From contig CM059428.1 in assembly GCA_030390025.1 (NCBI GenBank), positions 137,950,001 through 138,014,000 of the forward strand: a stretch of 64,000 nt of DNA, in the 5' to 3' direction. This document shows positions 46,999 to 60,700 of this stretch, one piece after another. The position numbers and the translations under genes are program-made. Position 1 is the first letter of the stretch, and each line of letters opens with the position of its first letter. Under the pieces are notes generated by a model. It ran no database searches and was not told the origin of the DNA. It saw only the letters and a list, made by a program, of their open reading frames with translations. The DNA is from Squalus acanthias (lineage: Eukaryota).

Positions 46999-49900
46999 GT
47001 ACATTCCGGCCGCGGCTTGAGGCCGATTTCGCTGTTTGAAATGCACCCGGTGCTGCCTCTCTCTCCCTCTCTCTCTCTCTCTTTTCTCTCTCTCTCTCTC
47101 CTCTCGCTCTCTCTTCTCTCGCTCTTAAGGCTGACAGCAACTCAGCGGCTCGTCGCCCTCCTTATTTCCACTCAGTTTCGTTACGCACTTCATTTGCAAA
47201 ATTTTTGTTCGATACTCCGCGGCGCTCGGGTCTGCGACCTTTCTGCCCGTTTGCATCGAGGGAATAATATTTATACTTTCGATCGTTGCAAGTTGGGAGG
47301 TTCGAAGTGTCGCGGATTTTTATTTAGATTTCTTTGAAATTTGACCATGGTGGAAATTTGCTGCTGCACCACCGAAGCGTTATTAGTCAACTCAGATACA
47401 AAGGTATATTTTGACATCAAACGGGGCACCCAGTGGAACGATTTTATAGAGTTAAGATCCACACAGGGTAGGGAATGTGCTCGTGTGACTGTTTGGGTGA
47501 AAAGTCGAGTGTGGTGTGTTTTCTGAACTTAAATTCTTAAGAGTACTTCTTCGGATTTGGACGGTAAACATGGCGGTTGGTGGCGGTGCCCCTCGTATCC
47601 CTGCACAGTGCTTGTGGTGTCAGAAGCAAATAAACAAACAAGAAACATGTAAAGCTTTGTCATAACCGACTATCAAGACGCTGAGATGTTCTTTTCATGC
47701 GTGTTTTGTGGACATGTTCTACTTTTCTATAATTGGTAACCAGAACTGTATCAGATTGACAGCAATGATTTTCCAGGCAGAGCACGAGGTTTGCTGGGTC
47801 TGGGTATGAGTGGGAGTGAGTGAGTGTTTTCCCCTTTTTGTCCAGTTAGATTTATTAGTGGATTCCGAGAACGTGTTGGCGGCGGGTACTGTTCCAGTTC
47901 TGTGTTGTTTTGTTGTTGTTAATAGTGAAGATGGTGGTAGTGGTGGGGAAGGGAAGGGAAGGAAAGTGGGGGGGTTGGTGAAGAGCTGTTATACAACCTG
48001 ATTATGTTTTGCTTGTAGATACAGAATGTATGTTGAGCAAGGAGCCATTGATGGCCTTGGTAGCAAATCCTTTTTGGTTTATTCCAAGCAAGCAGCAACT
48101 GACAAGGACAACTGAAACTGCATGAGAGTACACACACAAAATACGTGTTTCTAAACCTGTCCCTTCCGCCAGATAGGCTTTTATTAATATTACAGAGTGG
48201 TCTCTGCTGTGATGTACTTAAGCGAACGTACTGGGAACAGGAATTTGAGAGCAGCTAAGAGCTCTATGTAGACAAAAAAAACTTTGTTTCTCTTCTAATG
48301 GTATGATTGCTCCAAATCAGAATGCCCATTAAAAGCAAATGAAACAGTCCAAATGACAGTGCTCCTTTTACCCTTATCATTGATTGTAGCTATGACAAAC
48401 GTTATTTTAGTTAATAACCTAAAATTATTATGTTTTGAGCTGTAGTTCAGATTTAATGTAGTTTTCAAAAATGGTGTTTGTGTGCCGGTGGTGGTGGCGA
48501 TGTTGTGATTGGGTCTGATTTTAGATTTCTTTTTAATATACATGCACAGTTGGTTATATTGTAGTAGACCGTACTTTTTCTCAGTATCACTGTTGGATAT
48601 CCTGGAATATTTTATGCATTTTTGAGATATGGGTGCTCTTTCTTATACAGTATCTTGAAGATCCATGAGTCAAACAGTATACGTTGTTTGTTGTACTTTA
48701 TGCAGCTTTAAAATGGATTTCTTTGTTGCTTTGGGATGGTGTGAGTACAATGTCATAAAGGTTAATTGTTTACCCCGCTGATAATAAAGAACATCAGGCT
48801 TAAAAAATAAATCAGGGAGACACAAAGTTCCACAGCTGAAATGAATTATCCAGCATAAACGGAAGCCCACGGGTATGTGAAATAAAACACGTGTGTTTAC
48901 ATGGATAGATATACCAGGGTAGAGTTGTCTGTCCTTGATGAAGGTTTCACTGATGAAGTAGTTAATCTATTGATCAGCTAAATCCACACCCGTTCTGTTG
49001 ATCTGACTCTGATAAGAGGGGCCGATCACGAGTCTGATGGTGAGAGTGGAGCGTTGTGGAACACGTGGTTTGTTTTTATTTTCCTTTTTATCTCTCTTTC
49101 GCGGAATGGGTCTACGCTACTTGATAGTGAGAGTCCGCTAAAAGCCCATGTGCGGACTATAGACGGATAAACGTGCCGCGATTCCTGTGACTTCCAACTA
49201 AATGAGAAAACAAGGTGCTTTTTGTGAGATTCGGGGCACGAGTGGAGTCAGGACATCCGTATAAAACGGTTAGTCGCCAGTAAATAAACGGAGAACTAGC
49301 ACTGAGTTCTGTTTGTTGTGTTAGACTGCCTGAAGGCGTAATGACTGGAACTCCACTGAAGTCTGTATATCGTTTGTGTGTGTGTGTCTCAACGCCAATT
49401 GCAATATAAAAAAAAATAGAAATGCTGATTGTTTATGACCTGATGTTGTAGTTTGATTACTTCGAAACGTCGCGCGTCGGCGCTGTGGGTAAAATTTGCT
49501 TTCCTAAACCTAATATACATGAACTGTAATGAATTTATTTATTTTAACAGTATATATACTGTAGTAGGTACTGTAAATAAGTGCGACAAATAATCACTTT
49601 TTTCATCTGGCCGGCAGTGTCTGCTGTTTATTTGCCCTGGCTCGTTCTGAATTCTGTGCGTCACATAGTTATTTGCATGTTGTCAGTTTCTTGCTGGTTT
49701 CTTAAGAATAGCAAACTGTTTCCTTTTTTTACGTTTTCTGTGGGCAACAAACCCGACAAAGTTTGGCGAGACACTGAATCTTTATTCATTCCTGTTTTCT
49801 GATCACTTATTAATTAATTATTAATCAATAGGCGTGCTCTCTATCAAAGTGATCCTCTGTTGGGGAACCGCAGCTACCCATTCGCCGCTCTGGAAAGGAG

Positions 49901-51380
49901 AGAGGCGTTTGCAGAAGAAAATCGTGTGATCACAAAAGCCACTACTTAAAGCTAGTGTCGACGTGGAGACTATCTCAAGGAGAGCCGAAAAACGATGATG
50001 TGCGCTGTGTTAGGGCTCATTTGAAATGGCGGTGAGATTTGCATGTTTAGATTGCTCAGATCGTCCTCCGATCGTGATTGCGTTGTAGGTTTTAAATTTG
50101 CGATATTTCCACATGACCGCCGTGGTTCCCCCACAGAAGCTCGCTCTATTTTCGGTCCTTTGGCAAAATGCCAAGTGTAACCCAAGTTGCTATAGTAACT
50201 GCAAGAATTGCCGAGTATGGGCACCAGCAGACGTCAATTTGCCTTTTTGATCATTAAGAATGGACCTCGTGTAGTACACGAGCATTATTTTATTTATTAA
50301 ATTTGTAACGGGTCAGCTTTGGTAATCTGCATCGCATCACATTGCACCCCGATGTTCATTAAAATATTTCCAACGAACATGTAATTGCCGGAAATGGCTT
50401 TATAGAACACAATTCTTCCTGTTTCGCTTTACGCGGGGCTATAGAATCGTCGGTTTAATGTCAGGCATAAAACGCGTGATTGCAAATCCAGATGCGATGA
50501 TCCCTGTAATACAAAAGTGTTCTGCTAAATAAATAGTCGCTTTGTCCTATTACAAATTTTCATCTATTCCGACGCGTCTGAAAACGGCGTAAATATGAGC
50601 CCAAAGGCATGTGGGTTTCACGGAAAGAAGTGTGTTTTGATACAGCCGCCTTGTATCTGGAAGTAAAGTCTAGAAAAGGCGGTTTTGTTATGCTTAAACA
50701 TGAAGGAAACAAAGCCAACAAGAACGATCGGGAGTGCTATTCAAAATTCATTGTCATAAACCTGCATGTGGTTGGTTTGTGGTTTTTTATTATTAATCAC
50801 CGTGGAGGTCAGAGGAAAGGTGGTCTGTATAAGATCATCTTAAAGTCTGTTTGATTACGAAAATGATTCACTGTGCCTTTCAATGGATTCGCCACTTTGC
50901 ATTAATTGGGTGCGATTTGGCACATGCAGTACGGTTTTTACAACTCTTCATATACAACTCCTGTGCTTCAGCTTGTCAGTATTTCAGTAAAAGCGATTCT
51001 TAGCTTTGGGGATAGCAATATTTTTACAAAGCGGTTTTGTTTTACAAATTTGCCAATTAAGACTAAGTCAACCGAGGGACGAGAAATGCCAGAATATTGA
51101 TTCCCTGATACTTCGCGCGAACATTTTAAGTTAATGTTGTTTCATAAATTATAAATTGTTGATCATTGTGGTTTAAAAAAAAATTGTATCTTGCTATTGT
51201 GGATACGAACAGTTGTTTAGCTCAATGATTGTATCCTACTTATAATGTGGGCCAATTACAATAAACCAAGCCAGTGAACTTAATATGGAGTGGAATTCCA
51301 GAATAGAGAAAAAACTATTCCTTTTACACGCGCGTTATATTTCTGTTCAGCTTTCAGAACGCGGCCATTTTAGTCAGAAA

Positions 51381-54300
51381 ATGCACCGAACAACACGAAT
51401 CAAAATAACAGAACTGAATCCTCATTTGATGTGTGTGTTGTGTGGAGGATACTTCATAGATGCAACAACCATCATTGAGTGTCTACATTCATGTAAGTAT
51501 ATTGACACGCTGCAGCTCAGCAGGCCGCTTGCTTATGTTAGGAATGAGAAAACAGCACTATTAAGTATTAACGTATATCAACAAAGGTGTCACAGAACGT
51601 TTCTTGTTACCAAGTCAACCACTGCAACCGATTTATGTATAACCGCACACGATTCCTGCTTTTATTCACAGTTTGCAAGACCTGCATCGTCCGTTACTTG
51701 GAAACGAGCAAGTACTGTCCTATTTGCGATGTGCAAGTTCACAAAACTAGGCCCCTTCTTAACATTAGGTATGTATCCGTGTACTTATGGTGATCATAAT
51801 ATTTGATTACACCGTTAAATGTGTTGCTGTGGGAAGTGTGATTGAACTACTGTACTACACGGAGCTGATATACGTGTTAGATTGACAAAAATACAATTAT
51901 CAAACTACACACATGATACGTATTTGTAATTGTATGTTGGTTAGTGAGACAATTTCACGTAATACATTTCTAAACTGCAGGGCCTGTCGTGCAGTACTAC
52001 TTGAAGATAATGAATGTGCTTTATTAAACGTTTATCATTTGATTATCTCACCCACTTATTATGGATATTTTGTAAACTGGAATCTAAGAAAATGGTAATT
52101 CTGTTTTATTGGTATTAAAACTTCTCATTTGAAAGTAGTTGACAATAATTGAATAAAGAATGTGGGGTTTTTCAAATTCTGTTTTGATACAAATACACAA
52201 TTTGGAAAACTTTGGCAGTAGCTCCAAGAATTGAGATCATATAATGCTCAGTGATAATATTCAGCACTATTCTAGAAATACCGTACAGTCATTTCAACCG
52301 AATAAGTGGATGTTTCTGCTGAGTGAACTGAACTTGGAAATGTTTGCCTTTTTTAGTTATGTTAACTGATAATTAAAAAGAATAACTGAATAAATTTGCT
52401 GCAAGTTTTGTTAAAGTGAGCACCTTTTGCTCAAGTTGCCCAATCAATCAGGTTTACTAATTTGAAACATTTTATGAAAAAAATCTCCAATTACAGTCCA
52501 AAGTAAGCATGGAACAGTGCCACAGGCTTTATTCTGCCAGTTCTTACAAAGTTTAGACAAAACCATGGCAAACTTGATTCACTAAATTTAGTTCTACTAT
52601 TACTCTACTAAAAGAAAATGATATTGAATATGTGATAGAAAATGTTCCTGTGGCATTGCAAAATATATCTAATATATATTTAAAACTTTTATAGGTCGGA
52701 TAATATAATGTATAAATGAATAAACATGATGCAAGGCTCAATATTTTTCTGATCTGTTCTAAAAATACAAATCGTTCCACCCCAGTTACTCAATACACAC
52801 ATCTCCAGAACTGAAATTGAAAACTCAGATATATATCTAGTTGCTCCAGTTAATAACTACATAAGCAATCAATTATCAATTGAATAAACCTTATAAATTC
52901 CTGTTAAGTGAACACTTTTCACCAAAAATGACAGCATTTACTATGTTTACAGACTACATAGCTCCACTTGTGTAGTATTTCTATAATCTAACAAACGACA
53001 ACATATGTAAAGGACCAAAAGTGAGAAATAGTTTGCATTTTGGAATACTGTTGTGTTCAAATAAAGTGAACAGTTATTTGGCATTCACATAAATTAGTTC
53101 TACTATTACTTGTGCAGATAGAAGTGGTATTGATGAATGCTATGTGGAATAAAATGACGTGGAATAAAATCTTTCTGTAGTGTTGTAAAATATGACTGTT
53201 GTGATGATAATTGATAATTAATTGACTGTTGTGATCAAATCCTTTTTAGGTCAGATAAGACTTTACAAGATATTGTGTATAAATTAGTTCCTGGCCTTTT
53301 CAAAGGTAAGCACAGTAGTCTGTTTATAAGACAAATTTACATTTGAATTGAATTCCTCTTTCTGTCAATTAGATGACTAATAGGCTTTTGTCTTTATAGA
53401 TGAAATGAAACGTAGAAGGGATTTCTATGCTGCTCATCCCTCTGCTGCTGGTTAGTGTGTGCTACGAAAATGTAGTGATTTTTCCCTAACAAACATAATA
53501 CTAGAATATTTTTGAAAAAGGATAGGTTTTAGTCACCAGTAGAAATATTCAATTGTTTTCACAAAATAGTAAAGTGATACTTTTTTAAAGATTTTCAGCA
53601 TTTATGTCGGTGTGGTGCATTTCTTCCACTAATTTTTGTTATACATTTTGTAAATGGTTTTTAGTTTTGAAAACTCTTAACTTTAGAGTGTAGTTGTTGC
53701 TATCATTTTTAAAAAATCTATGTCTAATCAGATAAAAATGAATTTATAGTTGCATTGGAGACTATTCTGCTTAGGCCCACACTTGTGTTACATTTTTACT
53801 TTTTCTGTTAAGTTGGTACATATCAGGATAATTTTATGCTGTTATTCCTTTAGAGTTCACACCAAAATTGTCAGTATGGCAAAGTTAATCTTTCAGTTAA
53901 TACCAGTGTAATTTACTCTCTGCTCTTAGAACTGTTTAAACTGTCTTAAATGAAATCTAAAATAGCATGCTTCCTAGCTGCTAAAAGTATAAAATATGTG
54001 AAAAATGAGCCACGGATTTAAGTGTTTTCTAATGTACAACTTTCCTTTGACACCTTGTAGTCCCAAAATAATATAAGAATTATATTTGCTGATGATTTAT
54101 GTTCTAAATTAGTATTGAAGCATTGATTAATTGGCTCTAAGTACATGAAAATATTCTGAAATCATTGCTTCTTTAATATTCAAAATTGTACAGCAGCAAA
54201 TGGCTCTAATGAAGACAGGGGAGAAGTTACAGAAGAAGAAAAGAGGATTATAACAGATGATGAAATCATTAGCTTGTCAATAGAATTCTATGAACAAAAT

Positions 54301-56273
54301 AAGTAAGTACAGTAATCATACAAAATAATATGTACATTGTATCAAACTTTTTTGATTTTGCATTTTTTCTTATTAATAAATGGAGACTGTCTTGTATAAC
54401 AGGACTGAACGAAAAGGAGCTGCAGAAAAAGAAAAGACAAAAGATGAGGTGATGTAACTATGGTCAACTGTGACTCCTTTACATTTATCTGTTTTGCACA
54501 AACATACTTAATTTTAGCTGGCATTAAACAAGCAAAGATTAACTAATTAAATAGAAAGAAATTTCATATTTATAAAGTCAAGGCTGCTACTAATTTTAAA
54601 GTAACTGAAATATTCACTTTATCAACAAATGCAATGCCACTATATCTCAAATCTTGATTTTCTTTCTCTCTAGATGAATGACAAGAGATATTTGCGGTGC
54701 CCGGCAGCCATGACAGTGATGCATTTAAGGAAATTCCTGAGGAGTAAAATGGACATCCCTCATACCTTCCAGGTACATTGAGCTACACTTTATTAAAGTT
54801 ATAGAGGGATGATGATTTCTAATAAAGAATAAATAGGGTTCTATCTGAGAAGGAAACTATTTGTGCTATGTTCTAATATTAAAAATAATCTTGAAAGATT
54901 TTATTTCCTTACTGGTTTTGTTTGGGAGGCAGAGCATTCAACTATGTATTTGTTTATTTATTCTGCCACAATACAGCTCTGAAATATTGTATGTAAAGAG
55001 ATTTGGAGGCCTCTGTACACACACACATATAAATTATATGCATACAGTTTTGAATGGGGTATATTTTATTACTACAGCACAAATAGTATTGTGAAATGGA
55101 ATTTAAAAAATGGTAGTTGAATCTGTTTTTATTTTAATAAATGTAAGTTACTTCAAGGTGTTGCTGGAGATGTTTTCAAAGTTATTCATTTTTCCCATCC
55201 AGAACACTTTTGAACTCATTTAAATAGTTTACCACTGCCATCCAATTTTAATAAATATTTAAAAAAATCAAACACATCTGTGGTGTTGAGAAGGATCTAA
55301 TCATTGAGATAGGGAAGAGCTTCTACCGACCACAAAGGATCAGATGTAACAAAAAAACCCAGAAAGGGACAATGAGAGCTTGTGAATAGAGGGATAAATA
55401 CGCAGTAGTTATTTGCAAGTTGACAAATTGTTTTATTTCTTGTCAATCCTGGCAAGTAAATCATTCATGACTGAAAGGCAGGTTAAATTTTCTCATCTGG
55501 CTTCAAAGTATATTCATAGTTACTTAATTTTGTTGGATTCAATTATATGTTGTTGTGACTTACTATGAGTTACTAAAACAATGCATATAACTTGTAGTGT
55601 AATGTGAACTTATGTATTTTGCTTGTTTCATTCTTTACAGTGATGCATTGTTATTTGTATAAACCTACAATGAGTTCTGAGAAGTGTGTTATATTTTGTA
55701 ATGATCAAAGAAAGCAGTTGGGTAAATATTACTGTTTTTAATATATATGTTATTCTTCTATTCTTTTCACTTTTTAGATTGATGTTATGTATGAAGATGA
55801 ACCATTGAAAGATTATTACACTCTTATGGATATTGCCTACATTTACACATGGAGGAGGGTAAGTCCAATCTACCTATTCTAATGGTCAAGGAAAATTTAA
55901 TCTCAGACCTTCAATCCTTACTAGTGTATCTAACATTTTATTTCAGAATGGACCACTTCCTTTAAAATATCGAGTGCGGCCAACGTGCAAAAGAATTAAG
56001 ATTGGTCATCAACAAGATGGATTAAATAACACCAGTGGAGAGTTAGAAAGTGACTCTGGGAGTGACAAGGCTAATAGCCCAGCTGCTGCACCATCCACAT
56101 CATCCTCACTGCCCAGTCCCTGTACTCCAGGGCAGTCTCCACATCCACACTTTCCTCATATATCCACTACCATGAATGGCTCCTCCAACCCCAATACCAA
56201 CCATCAGATCCCATTCAGCAACAACAGAGCACGCAAATCATCTGTCAATGGCTCATCAGCATCATCAGGCTGA
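51381..56273 (+). CDS. BMI1: Polycomb complex protein BMI-1 / PCGF4 (325 aa, 9 coding exons)
   Basis: Exons 51381-51492, 51672-51768, 53250-53305, 53400-53450, 54194-54302, 54403-54448, 54674-54772, 55778-55858 and 55947-56273, all GT-AG, 978 nt. [51 protein letters not shown] domain ([26 protein letters not shown]) and a Pro/Ser-rich tail. Confidence 0.98.
52563..52720 (+). pseudogene. Decayed duplicate of the BMI1 intron 3 end and exon 4 (pseudo-exon)
   Basis: Similar to 53078-53290: shared TTAGTTCTACTATTACT, and acceptor TTTTATAG/GTCGGATAA vs TTTTTAG/GTCAGATAA. Confidence 0.7.
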
Positions 56274-57760
56274 CAGTATTTGCCAAATAGATGGTACAAT
56301 ACATATATTCGAAGACCTGTTCATACCATGCGATAATATATAGATATAGAGAATGCTTAGCATTGTCACCATCATTAACATCACTACTTTGTAGTGACTT
56401 GTACATTTGGTTCAAAGCAAGAAACAATACGTGGCTTTACTACAAATGGGTTTGACAACACCTTTTGCTCTGCAAGACAATTTTCCAATTTCTGGGAATG
56501 CAAATTAGTAAAGGATCTACATCACTGAAATGCGTACTGCAAAGATTTGAGGATATTTACACCTAACGGCGTTGGATTTAATGTCTCATTGACTGTGAAG
56601 GAGACCATGTTCACAGAATGGAAAATGAAGGAAGGAAAGCTGAGCGGGACATTATTGTAAAGATGTAAACGTTGGAAGATATTTTGTATAACTGTGTTTA
56701 ATCGAATTGAAGTTTACTATATCTGTATATCAACATACTTTTAATTTGCCGGTAATAGGCATTGTGATATTGGCTGTACAGATTAAATATAAAAGGCTAG
56801 TGATTTTTCACAATGACACCCACTGAAAAGGAATTTAAGAGAAATGAAAATTAGAAAGATGTATTCTTTGTAGCCATTTCACTGTGAAAACTGATTGACA
56901 GTAGATGTTGACATCTTTGGTTGTTAAATGTTTTCCTGCAGCATTAGTATACATACTATAAGAAAGTACTGAATTGATGAACCCGAAATAAAATTGTTTT
57001 AATGATTTATCATTTTAGACCTAAAATGGGTATGAAGTAATTGAATTGCCTGTAAAACAATAATATTTACTATACATGGTGATTCCATTGACTAATTAAG
57101 TTTCTGGATCTCAGAAATGCTTAAGTAAATTCAAAGGTGCAGTATGTACATATGGATGCCAAACATCCAATATATTCAGTATGAAAAATATATATACTAT
57201 ATATTAGGCACATACTACCCCTGAGAATTCAAATAATTATTTTTGAGAATTCCACCCCTGTATATTACCACAGGCAAATAATGTGTATTAAGCTATATAT
57301 AAATGTTTTACTTGAAATGTTCATTTCATTGTTTTCATTTAAATTGAATACACCGTCTGAATTACTATTAGCAAACTTTTTAAATTAGACAAGCCAAGGA
57401 TCTCTTGTTCAAATTGTAATATTTAAAGATTTAAATATACTTTAAATGATATTTTCAAATTAATGTTCCTCTTATTTGCAATGGATTTTTCCACTGATAC
57501 TGTCATAGGTTGAATCTTGGTCAGCATTGAGCCTGATATTGTCTGTTCAACCCATGCCAGAGAACACAGTGTTGGTAAAGATCTATTTATACCTTTTTAA
57601 AGTTCAAGATTTTTGAATTTTCTAACAGTGCTGTTTTCAGATACTCACTAGTTGCCATTTTTATTAAAAAGTTGTGGTTGACCATCTTAAACAGAATAGT
57701 TTAAGAACATTACACACAACGTTTTCATCCCATAGCAAATAAAAATTAAATCTCAGACAC
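56274..57760 (+). other. BMI1: BMI1 3' UTR (3' end uncertain)
   Basis: AU-rich, TE-free sequence after the stop. AATAAA near 56987 and 57738. miR-128/27 seed match CACTGTGAA at 56880-56888. Confidence 0.6.
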
Positions 57761-60700
57761 TCAACTGACAACATTTGGACCACCACAGAGTAAATTAACA
57801 CTAGGCCCATAAGTAATAAGCTTCAGGTAATTGAAAAGGGTAGCTTCCATCAAAACGGTTACATATGACTATAGGAGTCATTTTCTACTCTAGAATTATC
57901 AACTGTCCCCAATCATACTACAAATCAGATTTATAAATGTATGATTTTCTTGCAAAAATCTCTTCTGCTACATTTTTTTCTGTTTTGATAGACGTAAACA
58001 CGAACCAGTGAAAGGTGTGCATTATAATACAAACTAATTTATGCTGGGGAAATGAAAGCTACAGCTTCCGTTTTCATGTTAACTTCTTGGCATTGTCGCA
58101 GGTTCACATTTAACGCTGCTGGTTAGAGTTGACTTCTAATGGCCTTCTTGGGGGAAATGTATTGGTAAATTTAAACTATAACAAGAAGATAGATTGCAAA
58201 GGATATTGGAGCTTTAATCTTTGATGGTACTATGTATTAAATAAGTCATATTGTTTTAAGTGATGTCTTAAAGGTATAAGACGTGCCACGATACATTATC
58301 ATCCGTTTATCTACTTATGTCTACCTACACATGAACAATGATTGTCTAAGTTAGCCTTATTTCATCGTGGCCGGTCCAAACTCCGTCTCTACAGGGGCTT
58401 GGTAACAATTTCTCCTCTATGATGGTCAAATTGTGTTTGTAGGAAAACACGAGGCAGTACTTTTGTCTGTATTTTGGCACTGTTCTACTGTCGCTGATAT
58501 TGTACATAAACCGGCAAGTAAACAGTCCAGTTATTTGCGCCCCCAAATTGGAAAAGCACAATGCAACTCGTGCTTTAATTTTCTTATAAGGTCAATTAAA
58601 ATTAATGATTTTGCATAAGCTCTTAGTATTCACTTTATGTTTCCTATTTCTTCCTAATATGCTAGTGCTTGAGGAAGTATGGTCAGAGGTTGCAGATATA
58701 TTTCAGTAGCAATAATAATCTGCAATTTTGTAAATTCAACAAAACTCGTCCAATAACAGTCTTGATGTGTTGCGTATACACATCCAAAACAATGTCGATG
58801 CTTTATGAAAGATTTTCACAATTGCTGATGTAATCAAATAATCCTCACTGTGCAAGCTAGAGAAGGGTTAATACTAAAATTGTATTTCTATAAAATTACA
58901 TTCCGTAATAAATTACTATGGCGATGTTATGGTTTTTCATAAGGAAAGCGCCATGACTTGGTGCTGAATCTCATAAAAATGAAAGCGGGTAGAGATAGTA
59001 TGTAACAAGATGAGATGTCATGGAGGAGACAATGCTATACGCCAATTAAATCTCATTAATCTAGTACCCTTGGGGTGCAATTATACCCCAACGTTTACGT
59101 AATGACCAATGATTTCGGGTGCGCGTCAACAAAAGTGGTAGACCAACTCCCGAGTCAGATTTCCATCTAAAGCCAACAAGTGTGAGATCCCCTAAAGAAA
59201 GCCCTCTCTCAGTGCTTGGCCTGTACTACATATGAAATATAATTCGAGTCTTAACCCTCTCATCATTGCAGCCAACTGTATTTTGAACAATCCCAAGCTT
59301 TATCTCTTTACTACCCTGTCTAGTGAATCGTTCCAAATATATATTCCTGTTTGAGAAAATAAGTTCCCTTTGTACTTAGCTCTCCCCCAAACAGGATATT
59401 GCAATACAGTAGAACTGGAAATGGATCTCTAGAATAATCTTTTGAAACTTAAAACGTTACACATAATCCCTCTGCTTTCTTTTAAAATGTTTCAAATGTG
59501 TTTCTACGTTTTAGTTTTCTGGACATAGCTTATGGTACTACCTCCAATAAATACACCACAAAATAGACAAAGAAAATGTTTTCAAAACAGGCGCCGTGTA
59601 AGATTATGTTTATCGACTTTCCTTCATTTTCACTCCTTAAAACAAGAGAGAACGCTAAGTAACACCCAATACTTAAATCGAATCTCCCTATTCACCGGTA
59701 ATCAAATCTGTTTCGTTACTCTGACATCTACAATTGAAAGCAGCTGGGAATAAGGTGAATGATGTATGGGGCAATCATGATATGAATACACCAGTATCGT
59801 GTTGTTTTTGATATTAATTGATATGAATTCCATAGCGAGTAAATGTTGTTGACTTTGTATGTGGATTACATTAATGGGGCCGCATTTGCTCTGGTTTGAA
59901 CACATATCTAAATACTGTAAATCATCGTCTTTGCAGTAAGTATTTCATTGAACATGAATGCATTATTTTTCAAAGTTCACTTCACTTGCACAAAAGTACA
60001 AAGCAATCAGCATATCTCCTGAGCAGCAAATCTCTACTAAGGGCGATCATTCCTGTTGCTTTCACGTGGACAGGAAAACTTTCTCTCAGAACCAAATCAA
60101 CGTAGCTGTTGGAGGATGGCATATTCTCCAGTGTGCAGAGTTAAATAAAAAAGCTTTACTTTTTCGTCTTCCCTAGATTATCATTTCTTCATGAGAGGCT
60201 AAGAAAAGAATTTCCCTTAACTTTATACACGGAGGAAATATGCCCCTTTGCGTTGAAGGTAAGATAACGGTTAACAACATTCTAGGTAAAGCAAACAAAA
60301 CACTGGCTCAGGTAATTAAGATACTTGTAATATAACTGCGTTAACAGTGCTTTTCTGACAGTGAGTACAAACAGGCTGAGAAAGGCCCACGGGCATCAGG
60401 CCAGCACAAACCTTTTAGGTTTGCATTGACATGGGTAGATTAAAAAAAACCTCTTCCATTAGTGTGCTTAGACAACTGATTATTTTGAGAGGGATCCATG
60501 AAAGTTTTTGCCACCAGAACTGGAGCTCCCCTTACTTCCTATACCCATTTAGCACACTGAGTGGATCAGATAGTTCCCACTTGGCAAATTCTAAGTACCT
60601 TAATCTTTAATTCACAAAAGTAATCTCTCCCATCGCTATACAAGTGTGACATTCCCATATCATCTTTATGGCCTTTTCAGACAATTGAGTGAATGTTGCA

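Noticed and set aside
48930-48970. Hammerhead-like TGATGAAGG...GTTAA remnant in BMI1 intron 1
   Set aside because: The core and stem II are too degenerate and there is no GAAA. At most a decayed Penelope-derived repeat.
51285-51806. 173-aa ORF suggesting an N-terminally extended BMI1
   Set aside because: It starts in intron 1 upstream of the acceptor and runs through intron 2. Only 51381-51492 is real coding sequence in that frame.
56274-56280. miR-200bc/429 seed match CAGTATT
   Set aside because: It lies immediately after the stop codon, inside the ribosome shadow where sites are usually ineffective.
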